NCBI RefSeq assembly: GCF_000025505.1 | Contig: NC_013849.1 | Coordinates: 2,070,001 to 2,102,000, forward strand | Length of the DNA stretch: 32,000 bases | Direction of reading: 5' to 3' | DNA from: Ferroglobus placidus DSM 10642 | GTDB lineage: Archaea > Halobacteriota > Archaeoglobi > Archaeoglobales > Archaeoglobaceae | Shown here: positions 23,233-31,332 of the stretch, in pieces | Numbering within the stretch: position 1 is the first letter of the stretch | Layout: every line of letters starts with the position of its first letter | Position numbers and translations under genes: made by a program | Notes under the pieces: generated by a model | Seen by the model: only the letters and a program-made list of their open reading frames with translations | What the model was told of the DNA's origin: nothing | Databases searched by the model: none

Positions 23233-24504
23233 ATGGCAAGGGAGAAGGAGCACATTAACGTGGCTATGATCGGACACGTCGACCACGGTAAGTCGACGTT
23301 AATTGGAAGGCTGCTTTACGATGCTGGAGAAATTCCGGAGCACCTGATCGAAAAATACAGAAAGGAGGCTCAGGAGAAAGGTAAAGCAACTTTCGAGTTC
23401 GCTTGGGTAATGGACAAGCTGAAGGAGGAGAGGGAAAGAGGTATTACGATCGACGTAGCTCACAGAAAGTTCGAGACCGACAAGTACATTGTTACGATCG
23501 TCGACTGCCCCGGGCACAGGGACTTCATAAAGAACATGATCACCGGAGCTTCCCAAGCTGACGCTGCCATCCTCGTCGTTGACGTCGTAGACTGCGTACA
23601 GGCTCAGACTAAGGAGCACGTATTCCTTGCGAGAACTCTCGGAATTAACCAGCTGATAGTGGCTATCAACAAGATGGACAGGGTAAACTACGATCAGAAG
23701 GCTTTCGAGAAGTGTAAGGAGGCTGTTGCTAAGCTGATAAAGCTTGTAGGTTACAAGCCGGAAGAAGTGCCTTTCATTCCGGTCTCAGCCTACTACGGAG
23801 ACAACGTTTTCAAGAAGAGCGACAAAATGCCGTGGTACAACGGTCCGACCATAAGAGAGGCTTTGGACTTGCTGAAGCCACCGGAGAAGCTGATCGACAA
23901 GCCGCTGAGAATTCCGATTCAGGATGTCTACTCAATCAGCGGTGTCGGAACAGTGCCGGTGGGAAGAGTTGAGAGCGGAGTGCTCAGAGTTGGAGACAAG
24001 GTAATCTTCGAACCGCCGGGCGTTGTAGGAGAAGTTAAGAGCATTGAAATGCACCACGAGCCAATCAAGGAGGCTTATCCTGGAGACAACATCGGATTCA
24101 ACGTGAGAGGAGTCAGCAAGAACGACATAAGGAGAGGAGATGTCGCTGGACATCCGGACAACCCGCCGACTGTGGCAAGAGACTTCACAGCTCAGATCGT
24201 AGTCTTGCAGCATCCAACGGCAATAACAGTCGGATACACTCCAGTCGTTCACGCCCACACAGCTCAAGTGGCTTGCAGATTCGTAGAGTTGCAGAAGAAG
24301 ATCGATCCGAGGACTGGAGCTGTAAAGGAGGAGAACCCGCAGTTCCTCAAGACTGGAGACGCTGCGGTTGTCAAACTTGAGCCAACGAGACCGATGGTAA
24401 TAGAGAGAGTGAAGGACATCCCACCGCTCGGCAGGTTTGCTGTGAGAGACATGGGAATGACTGTGGCAGCGGGAATGGTTCTCGACGTAACTCCGAGGAA
24501 GTAA
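23233..24504 (+). CDS. tuf: Translation elongation factor EF-1 alpha (aEF1A)
   Basis: [23 protein letters not shown] (G1), DCPGHRDF (G3) and NKMD (G4). 423 aa from the ATG with the SD. The track start at 23173 is an upstream in-frame extension. Confidence 0.95.
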   Translation: MAREKEHINVAMIGHVDHGKSTLIGRLLYDAGEIPEHLIEKYRKEAQEKGKATFEFAWVMDKLKEERERGITIDVAHRKFETDKYIVTIVDCPGHRDFIKNMITGASQADAAILVVDVVDCVQAQTKEHVFLARTLGINQLIVAINKMDRVNYDQKAFEKCKEAVAKLIKLVGYKPEEVPFIPVSAYYGDNVFKKSDKMPWYNGPTIREALDLLKPPEKLIDKPLRIPIQDVYSISGVGTVPVGRVESGVLRVGDKVIFEPPGVVGEVKSIEMHHEPIKEAYPGDNIGFNVRGVSKNDIRRGDVAGHPDNPPTVARDFTAQIVVLQHPTAITVGYTPVVHAHTAQVACRFVELQKKIDPRTGAVKEENPQFLKTGDAAVVKLEPTRPMVIERVKDIPPLGRFAVRDMGMTVAAGMVLDVTPRK

Positions 24505-24512
24505 TTCCCTTA

Positions 24513-24527
24513 ATTTTTATTTTGTTT
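24513..24527 (+). terminator. T-rich tract after tuf; possible partial terminator
   Basis: atttttattttgttt lies in the 34-nt gap between tuf and rps10. Oligo-T tracts are the known archaeal termination signal, but tuf and rps10 are often co-transcribed. Confidence 0.25.
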
Positions 24528-24538
24528 GGGTGTTTGAT

Positions 24539-24859
24539 ATGGCTATTAAAGGCTACAAAGCAAGAATCAGACTTTCGGGTTTGAATCCTAAGGATCTCGA
24601 CAGAATATGCAGGCAGATAAGAGAGATAGCGGAGAAGATGGGGGTCGAAATTTCTGGACCCATTCCGCTACCGACGAAAAGGTTAGTAGTTCCAGTGAGA
24701 AAATCGCCGGACGGAGAGGGAAGTGAAACGTGGGACCACTGGGAGATGAGAATTCACAAGAGGTTAATTGACATTGCAGCTGACGAGAGAGCTTTAAGGC
24801 AGATAATGAGAATTCAGATTCCTAAGGACGTGAACATCGAGATCGTGCTCGAAAGCTAA
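24539..24859 (+). CDS. rps10: Ribosomal protein uS10
   Basis: [47 protein letters not shown] is the S10 signature, with the conserved position after tuf. Confidence 0.9.
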   Translation: MAIKGYKARIRLSGLNPKDLDRICRQIREIAEKMGVEISGPIPLPTKRLVVPVRKSPDGEGSETWDHWEMRIHKRLIDIAADERALRQIMRIQIPKDVNIEIVLES

Positions 24860-25768
24860 ATGTTTTTGAAAGTTACTTTTCTCGGAACTTCTGGGACAGT
24901 TCCGAGTGTCGATAGAAACACTTCTTCTATCCTCCTTAACTACTCCGGCTGTAAAATTCTCTTCGATTGCGGGGAAGGTACTCAGAGACAGATGATGAAA
25001 GCGAAAACCGGATTCAACATAGAGGCGATATTCATAACTCACCTCCACACAGATCATTTCATCGGCGTCTTTGGTTTGCTCGAAACGATGTCTCTCAACA
25101 GCAGAGAGAAACCTCTTTCGATATACACTCCTAACTCTAAATTCTTGAGAAAGCTTTTCAGAGAATTCGGCTACCACAACTTGGGGTTTCCGGTTAGGGT
25201 TGTCGGTTTGAGGGATGGAGATTTCGTTAGGTTTGAGAACTTCAAAGTTCTGGCTTTTAAAACCGATCACATAGTTGAAAGCTTGGGCTACGCTTTCGTA
25301 GAGGATGAGAGGAGGGGAAAGTTCAACGTGGAAAAAGCGAGAGAGCTTGGAATTCCTCCGGGGCCTCTTTACTCGAAGCTCGCGAGGGGAGAGGCAATTG
25401 AGTTCGGAGAGAAGATAATAACACCGGACATGGTTTTAGGGGAAAAAAGACCGGGGTGGAAAGTAGTTTATACCGGCGATACTGCTCCGGTGGAAAAGCT
25501 TGTGGAAATCGCTAAGAACGCCGACTTGCTTATACACGACGCAGCCTTCACTTCGGAGCTCGATGACTGGGCTAAAGAGACGAAACACTCAACAGCGAGA
25601 GATGCGGCTGAGATTGCGAAAAAAGCTAACGTGAAAAAGCTCGTTTTAACGCACATAAGTGCGCGCTACTCCAAAGAGCCGGAAAAACTTCTCGAAGAGG
25701 CTAAGAAAATTTTTGAAAATGTGGTTGTTGCCGAAGACTTCATGGAAATTGAGTTAGAGAGGGATTAA
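24860..25768 (+). CDS. rnz: Ribonuclease Z (tRNA 3' endonuclease)
   Basis: 302 aa. VTFLGTSGTVPS and the ITHLHTDHFIG metallo-beta-lactamase motif are present. The ATG directly abuts the S10 stop. Confidence 0.88.
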   Translation: MFLKVTFLGTSGTVPSVDRNTSSILLNYSGCKILFDCGEGTQRQMMKAKTGFNIEAIFITHLHTDHFIGVFGLLETMSLNSREKPLSIYTPNSKFLRKLFREFGYHNLGFPVRVVGLRDGDFVRFENFKVLAFKTDHIVESLGYAFVEDERRGKFNVEKARELGIPPGPLYSKLARGEAIEFGEKIITPDMVLGEKRPGWKVVYTGDTAPVEKLVEIAKNADLLIHDAAFTSELDDWAKETKHSTARDAAEIAKKANVKKLVLTHISARYSKEPEKLLEEAKKIFENVVVAEDFMEIELERD

Positions 25769-26386
25769 TCTCGCGAGGAGAGCTACTATTTTCGAATAAA
25801 TTCCAAAAGCGAAGAGAAAGGCGTAGAGCACGACTATTATTCCGGCTGCTTTTCTTATTTTGTCCTCGTATCTTGCTATTTTTCCGTAAGATATTTTCTC
25901 AGAAAAAAGAGCCACGAAGGAAAGGGTTAAAGCTAAGCCTATCCCAAAGCTTAACATTATCGAAGCTCCCTTCTCGCTCCCGGATAAAGCTGCGTAGCTC
26001 AACAAAGCTCCGACGAAGGGACCTATGCAAGGAGACCAAACCAGACCGAGGGAGAAACCGAGGAGGAGCGGAGAGGTTACGTTGGAGAATTTTCCGGATA
26101 TTCTGCTAACGAGAATGACATACTTTTCGTAGACCTTATTCTCAAGAAGTATAACGCCGAAGAGTAGGAGGAGAGCAGATGCTACTACTCTCGTGAGAAG
26201 GTAGTTGGAGAAAATTCCCGCAAAGTAGCCGAGGATAACGAAAGTTGCCACCATCGTGAAAACTATCAGGAAAACTTCCTTCCAAGAGAATCGGCTTGCA
26301 GAGAAAATGACTGGAATTAAAGGAAGAACGCAAGGAGAGATTACGGAAACTACTCCGGCTAAAAAAGCTAAAGCAAACTCGATCAT
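25754..26386 (-). CDS. ccdA: CcdA/DsbD-family thiol-disulfide transmembrane electron transporter
   Basis: 210-aa polytopic protein with the two conserved Cys motifs SPCVLPLIP and SPCIGPF. Confidence 0.8.
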   Translation of the reverse strand: MIEFALAFLAGVVSVISPCVLPLIPVIFSASRFSWKEVFLIVFTMVATFVILGYFAGIFSNYLLTRVVASALLLLFGVILLENKVYEKYVILVSRISGKFSNVTSPLLLGFSLGLVWSPCIGPFVGALLSYAALSGSEKGASIMLSFGIGLALTLSFVALFSEKISYGKIARYEDKIRKAAGIIVVLYAFLFAFGIYSKIVALLARLIPL

Positions 26387-27027
26387 ATCTTCAGCTTTCT
26401 TCTGATATACGCGTCGATAACATCTGGAAGTTCTATTCCGTTTTCCGTTATTTCAAACTCGCTCATATCAACTGGAATGTATTCCGAAGCTCTTATAATT
26501 TTCAAAAACCTTTTCACCTTTCCGTCAACCCACTGCCTTTCCAACTCTATAATGTCTGAGAAGATCAAGCTGACGGAAGTTTCGGTGTGAATGTCGTGAG
26601 CGTTCTTAACGAGGGTGAAAATCCCGCTGCTGTTTTCACTTTCTACTCTAACCACTATGTTTCTGAGGAAGTGTATAAGCTTCTGGGGAGGGTGATAAAG
26701 GAGCAAACCGGAAATCGAGTCGAAGGCTAAGAAGTAATTACTTTTTAAGTTGTCGAGGGCTTTGCCTATCGCCAAGCTCACCTCGTTGAGGTTGAGAGGA
26801 TTAGAGACGATTAAATCCTTGTTTGTGTGGGTCGGTCTTCTTTGCCAGGTGTGAGTGTCGACTATCCACAAATCTATTCCTTTAAACGTTGATTCAACTT
26901 CTTTTCTGACGATATCAGCGCTTTTCGTCGTAGTAATCCAGAGGGCTTTATCAAATTCTCCAAGATACTTATAAATTAACCTCGTTTTTCCGGTTCCCGG
27001 TTCCCCTATGATGAGTATTGTGGACAT
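26383..27027 (-). CDS. RecA-superfamily, KaiC/FlaH-like single-domain ATPase
   Basis: 214 aa. Walker A IIGEPGTGKT, Walker B-like FLAFDSIS. The size and layout match archaeal KaiC-like signalling ATPases. Confidence 0.65.
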   Translation of the reverse strand: MSTILIIGEPGTGKTRLIYKYLGEFDKALWITTTKSADIVRKEVESTFKGIDLWIVDTHTWQRRPTHTNKDLIVSNPLNLNEVSLAIGKALDNLKSNYFLAFDSISGLLLYHPPQKLIHFLRNIVVRVESENSSGIFTLVKNAHDIHTETSVSLIFSDIIELERQWVDGKVKRFLKIIRASEYIPVDMSEFEITENGIELPDVIDAYIRRKLKI

Positions 27028-27089
27028 TACATCAACCTCACGTTAATTTTTTCTTTGCTTGTTAATAAATTTTTCTTTCCATATCGTAA

Positions 27090-28217
27090 CTACCCTCTGA
27101 GGAATTCACCTATTCTCTCTACCGCTCTCTCCAAATTTTCCATGGAAGTTGCGTAGCTTATTCTTATCCAGTCGGTGAACTTCCTTCCGAACGCGCTTCC
27201 GGGAGTTACGGCGACTTTCTTCTTCTCGAGTAGCTCTTCGCAGAACTTTTCGCTGTCCATCCCAACTTTCACGAACATGTAAAAAGCACCTTTGGGAGGA
27301 GCGAATTCGAGACCCATTTCTTTGAGTTTTCTCTCGAGAAATTCCTTTCTTTTCTTAAACTCCTCGACCATTTCCTTTAAAAAGCTGTGATCTCCTTTTA
27401 AAGCTGCTAAACCCGCGTACTGCACGAATGTTGTTGGAGAACTAACGCTGTGAGACTGTATTTTCTCCATTCCCTTCACGATCCATTCTGGAGCGGCTGC
27501 ATAGCCGAGTCTGAAGCCTGTCATTGAGTAGGTTTTGGAGAAGCCGTTTATCGTGATCGTCCTTTCGAGCATATCATCAAAGGAGGCTAAGCTAACGTGC
27601 TCTCCTTCAAAGATTATCTTTTCGTAAATTTCGTCCGACATAACCAAGATGTCGTGATCGACAGCCAAATCTCTTACTTTCTTCAAAAACTCCTTCGGAT
27701 AGACCACTCCGAGCGGGTTGTTGGGAGAATTAATGACTATCATCTTAGTTTTATTCGTCACATAATCTTCGATAGGAGCGTCCTCGAAATTTTCCTCGTG
27801 CTCCACCCAAACAGGCTTTCCTCCTGAAAGAATTACGCATGGCTCGTAACTAACCCAGGCTGGATCGAGCAAAATCACCTCGTCTCCTTCCTCAATCGTT
27901 GTCATCATAGCCTCGTAAATAGCGTACTTCGCTCCAGGAGTGACAATCACGTTTTTTGCCTCAATGTCTATTCCATTCTCCTCCCTTAGCTTCTCCGCTA
28001 TGGCTTCGAGAAGCTCCGGAATCCCTTTCGTTGGAGCGTATTTCGTCTTTCCCTCCATCGCAGCTTTACAAGCAGCCTCTACGATGTGCTTGGGAGTGGG
28101 AAAATCCGGTTCTCCTACTCCGAGGTCTATAACGTCTTCTCCTCTCCTTTTTAACTCCTTGGCGATGGAAGAAATTTTCATTGTGGCGGAGGGCTTTATC
28201 TTATCTACCCTTCTCAT
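27090..28217 (-). CDS. Class I/II pyridoxal-phosphate aminotransferase (aspartate aminotransferase-like)
   Basis: 375 aa with NSPNNPLG and the PLP-lysine motif FSKTYSMTGFRLGY. Confidence 0.85.
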   Translation of the reverse strand: MRRVDKIKPSATMKISSIAKELKRRGEDVIDLGVGEPDFPTPKHIVEAACKAAMEGKTKYAPTKGIPELLEAIAEKLREENGIDIEAKNVIVTPGAKYAIYEAMMTTIEEGDEVILLDPAWVSYEPCVILSGGKPVWVEHEENFEDAPIEDYVTNKTKMIVINSPNNPLGVVYPKEFLKKVRDLAVDHDILVMSDEIYEKIIFEGEHVSLASFDDMLERTITINGFSKTYSMTGFRLGYAAAPEWIVKGMEKIQSHSVSSPTTFVQYAGLAALKGDHSFLKEMVEEFKKRKEFLERKLKEMGLEFAPPKGAFYMFVKVGMDSEKFCEELLEKKKVAVTPGSAFGRKFTDWIRISYATSMENLERAVERIGEFLRG

Positions 28218-28629
28218 ACTCTCTCAGCCTCCTCACGAGCTTTACGGCTGCTTCAACTGCTCTCTTGGCGTAATCTACTCTTTCATGAGCGGCCAACCTT
28301 CCCATTCCCGGACCGCTTATGCCGAGCGTTACCGGTTTGCCGTATTCTATGCTCAAATCCATTATCTTTCTTGCTGCGTGCTGAGCGACAACTTCGTCAT
28401 GCTCCGTCTCTCCTTCAATCACGCAGCCGATAGCAACTACGGCGTCAACATTTCCCTTTTCGAGCATTTTTTTAACGGCAATGGGTATGTCAAAAGCTCC
28501 AGGAACCCTGATAATTTCGGAAATCTCTGCTCCAAGGAATTCAGCGTGCTCCTTTGCGAGGATTTCCATCATGTAGGTTATATCTCTGTTGAATTCAGAA
28601 ACGACCAAGCCGAGCTTGATTTTTTCCAT
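28201..28629 (-). CDS. ribH: 6,7-dimethyl-8-ribityllumazine synthase
   Basis: 142 aa. LGLVVSEFNRDITYMM, RVPGAFDIP and GCVIEGETEHDEVV closely resemble the archaeal lumazine synthase as I recall it. A TATA-like aaatttataaat lies about 25-30 nt upstream. Confidence 0.85.
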   Translation of the reverse strand: MEKIKLGLVVSEFNRDITYMMEILAKEHAEFLGAEISEIIRVPGAFDIPIAVKKMLEKGNVDAVVAIGCVIEGETEHDEVVAQHAARKIMDLSIEYGKPVTLGISGPGMGRLAAHERVDYAKRAVEAAVKLVRRLREYEKGR

Positions 28630-28671
28630 GTTTTTCCCTGAACGCTCAGAATATTTATAAATTTGTATGCC

Positions 28672-29181
28672 TCAGTAGAGATCTTCGTTAAAAACGTAAG
28701 TGACGACGAACCCCTCCTCAAATTCTTCAAATCCTTCAACCTTAGCGTTCAAGTCCACTATTAAATCCTCGAAGTAATCGTAAACTCCGCAAGACACGCA
28801 GAAAGGTCCGGTAAACAGAACCTTCGCTTTTCTTTTTTCGAATTCTAAAAGTTCCGCGTGAGCTTCCGGGCTTCGGTATTTGTTGAATTTCTCGATTTCC
28901 TCCTTAAGCTTGAGAAGTGGGGTGTATTTGTACTTCCCCTCCAAACCTTTCTTCTCGATTCTGCTTTTTATGTAGGGGCAGGAAATTTTAACTTTCCTTC
29001 CTTCGAGCATATTTAAAACTTCCTCGACGAGTTTGGAAGCGTAACCCTTCCCTTTAGCTTCTTCAGCGGTTACAGTTTCAATTAAATGCACCTCATCGTT
29101 CTCTTCAAAAACTATCCAGCTCAACGGCTTTTCTCCTTCTTTTAAAACGAACTTACCTTTCTCTTTGACGACCTCCATCAC
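28672..29181 (-). CDS. YjdJ-type GNAT-like domain fused to an unrecognised C-terminal domain of about 85 aa
   Basis: N-terminal HLIETVTAEEAKGKGYASKLVEEVLNMLEGRKVKISCPYI fits the small GNAT-like (Acetyltransf_CG type) fold. The C-terminal part, with FTGPFCVSCGVYDYFEDL, has no family I can name. Confidence 0.5.
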   Translation of the reverse strand: MMEVVKEKGKFVLKEGEKPLSWIVFEENDEVHLIETVTAEEAKGKGYASKLVEEVLNMLEGRKVKISCPYIKSRIEKKGLEGKYKYTPLLKLKEEIEKFNKYRSPEAHAELLEFEKRKAKVLFTGPFCVSCGVYDYFEDLIVDLNAKVEGFEEFEEGFVVTYVFNEDLY

Positions 29182-30011
29182 CAGACCTCCTTAACTACTC
29201 CGAACTTTCTAACGATATCGTTTCCGTCTTTATAACTTTCGCTCTGGTCAATTCTGAGGATTGCCGCTGAGCTTAAGCCGTAGGGAATTGCCGTAGAGCC
29301 GAGGGTAATTAGATACCCATCTTGTTCAACTAAGAGAACTTTGTAGGGCTGATGAGACCTTATGACGCAGACAAAACCTTCCTCCTCGCAGAAATTTCTC
29401 GTCAAGTCCTTTCCGAAGTAGTACCCTATGCCTCTATCGTAATTAAATTCGCAACCGCTCATTTCCATCGGGTCGTTCCAGAGTATTTCGGTTTCGTATT
29501 TTGCCGGATCTCTTTTCAACTCGCTGAGAGACACAACCCCTTTGCAAGAATTCGTGGCGATTCCTCCGTGGCATAAAAACAAATCTCCGGCAACTGCAAA
29601 AAGAGGTAATTTTTCCCAGAGCTTTCTAAACAAGCCGTACAGCTCTCCCATTCCTTTCTCTTCGAGAAGAGCCGGAAAATCGTGGGGAAAAGCTTCGCCG
29701 GTTTCGTGGTTTCCTTTAAGCATAACCGCTTTCCCTTCAACGTATAGCTTCAATACTTCTTCGTAAACCTCTAATGCCTCCCTCCCCCTATCTTCGTAGT
29801 CGCCGAGAAAAATGAAGAAGCCGTGAGCGTCCTTCATGAGCTTCTTCATAGTCGAGTAATCTCCGTGAATATCACCAAAAATCGTTATCTTTTCTTCCTC
29901 TATCTCCACGAACTTCTTTCCCGAAAGTTTTATCGCCTCTTCGAGCAGATCTTCGATCATATTTCGAAAAGTATTTAGCTGCTTTCTAAAATTTTCGTTC
30001 ATGGTAGTCAT
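29178..30011 (-). CDS. PPP-family Ser/Thr protein phosphatase (calcineurin-like metallophosphoesterase)
   Basis: Motifs GDIHGDY, GDYEDRG and GNHE are in the canonical order, followed by CHGG. The start is ambiguous: 30011 (overlapping the thiolase ATG) or the internal ATG at 29960 (M18), which has a TATA-like aaaattttag about 30 nt upstream. Confidence 0.8.
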   Translation of the reverse strand: MTTMNENFRKQLNTFRNMIEDLLEEAIKLSGKKFVEIEEEKITIFGDIHGDYSTMKKLMKDAHGFFIFLGDYEDRGREALEVYEEVLKLYVEGKAVMLKGNHETGEAFPHDFPALLEEKGMGELYGLFRKLWEKLPLFAVAGDLFLCHGGIATNSCKGVVSLSELKRDPAKYETEILWNDPMEMSGCEFNYDRGIGYYFGKDLTRNFCEEEGFVCVIRSHQPYKVLLVEQDGYLITLGSTAIPYGLSSAAILRIDQSESYKDGNDIVRKFGVVKEVW

Positions 30012-31278
30012 CGTCGATGGAGTTAGAACGCCCGTTGGCAGGTTTGGGGGAAGCTTGGCGAGTCTGAAAGCTTACGAGCTCGGAAGCATCGCCATAAAGG
30101 GTCTCCTTAAAAAGTTAAAAGTAAAACCCAAAGTCAGCGAAGAGTCCTACGAGTTTTACCCGGAGAAACTTCCGAAAGGAATGATCGAGCTTGAAAAGAA
30201 GTACTTCGATTACGAGGGAGACGAATTAATTATTGACGAGGTCGTAATGGGTAATGTAATTCAGGCGGCTCAAGGACAGAATCCGGCAAGGCAGGCTTCG
30301 ATTTTTGCCGGCATTCCTAAAGAAGTGCCAGCCTACACAGTGAACAAGGTTTGCGGCTCGGGATTGAAAGCAATAGCTTTAGCCGCTTCTGAGATAAAAG
30401 CGGGGAACGCGAGGTGCATAATAGCTGGGGGGATGGAAAGCATGAGCAACTCTCCCTACGCTTCGCTTAAAGCCAGGTGGGGTTACAGAATGAGCATAAA
30501 CGTTTACGATGAAGTTATAGATGTCATGGTTTACGACGGTCTCTGGGAGAAGTTCTACGGCTACCATATGGGAGTCACAGCGGAAAACATAGCGGAACTT
30601 TATCAGATCAGCAGAGAAGAGCAAGACAAACTCGCTTTTGAGAGTCACATGAGAGCCGTTAAAGCCATAGACGAGGGGAAGTTCAAGGAAGAAATAGTTC
30701 CGGTCGTTGTTAAGGAAAAGAAGGGGGAGAGAGTCGTTGACACCGATGAGCATCCGAGGAGGGATACGAGTTTGGAAAAACTGGCTAAGCTTCCACCGGT
30801 CTTCAAGGAGGGAGGAACAGTAACTGCTGGAAACGCAAGCGGAATAAACGACGGAGCGGCAGCTTTGCTTGTTATGGACGACAAGGCAGCTGAAGAGAGC
30901 GGACTCGATGCTAAAGTAAGAATCTTAAGTTACGCTTCAGCCGGAATCGATCCAGCTTACATGGGTCTCGGACCTATTCCGGCGATAAAGAAGGCTTGCA
31001 AGCTTGCTGGAGTTTCCTTAGACGACATCGATCTTATCGAGCTGAACGAAGCTTTCGCAGCTCAAGCTCTTGCAGTAATAAAAGAATTGAACCTCGATTT
31101 AAATAGGGTGAACGTCAACGGAAGCGGAATAAGCTTGGGACACCCCATAGGAGCTACCGGAGCGAGGATAACCGTCACGTTAATTCACGAGATGGAAAGG
31201 AGAAAAGCTGATCTCGGCTTGGCGGCGTTATGCATAGGTGGCGGAATGGGAATAGCGATGGTTTTCGAGAGAATCTAA
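30001..31278 (+). CDS. Acetyl-CoA C-acetyltransferase (thiolase II type)
   Basis: 425 aa. Motifs are VVIVDGVRTPVGRFGG, the active-site NKVCGSGLKAI, NEAFAAQ and the C-terminal CIGGGMGIAMVFERI. Confidence 0.9.
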   Translation: MVVIVDGVRTPVGRFGGSLASLKAYELGSIAIKGLLKKLKVKPKVSEESYEFYPEKLPKGMIELEKKYFDYEGDELIIDEVVMGNVIQAAQGQNPARQASIFAGIPKEVPAYTVNKVCGSGLKAIALAASEIKAGNARCIIAGGMESMSNSPYASLKARWGYRMSINVYDEVIDVMVYDGLWEKFYGYHMGVTAENIAELYQISREEQDKLAFESHMRAVKAIDEGKFKEEIVPVVVKEKKGERVVDTDEHPRRDTSLEKLAKLPPVFKEGGTVTAGNASGINDGAAALLVMDDKAAEESGLDAKVRILSYASAGIDPAYMGLGPIPAIKKACKLAGVSLDDIDLIELNEAFAAQALAVIKELNLDLNRVNVNGSGISLGHPIGATGARITVTLIHEMERRKADLGLAALCIGGGMGIAMVFERI

Positions 31279-31290
31279 TTTTCCCTTTTT
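31279..31290 (+). terminator. Oligo-T tract after the thiolase gene
   Basis: ttttcccttttt follows the stop directly, consistent with archaeal oligo-T termination. It is followed by a TATA-like aaaattttaaaaa (31296-31308) about 30 nt before the next ATG. Confidence 0.35.
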
Positions 31291-31332
31291 CGGAAAAAAT
31301 TTTAAAAAAGAGTTCCCAAAGAATTTAGGAAA

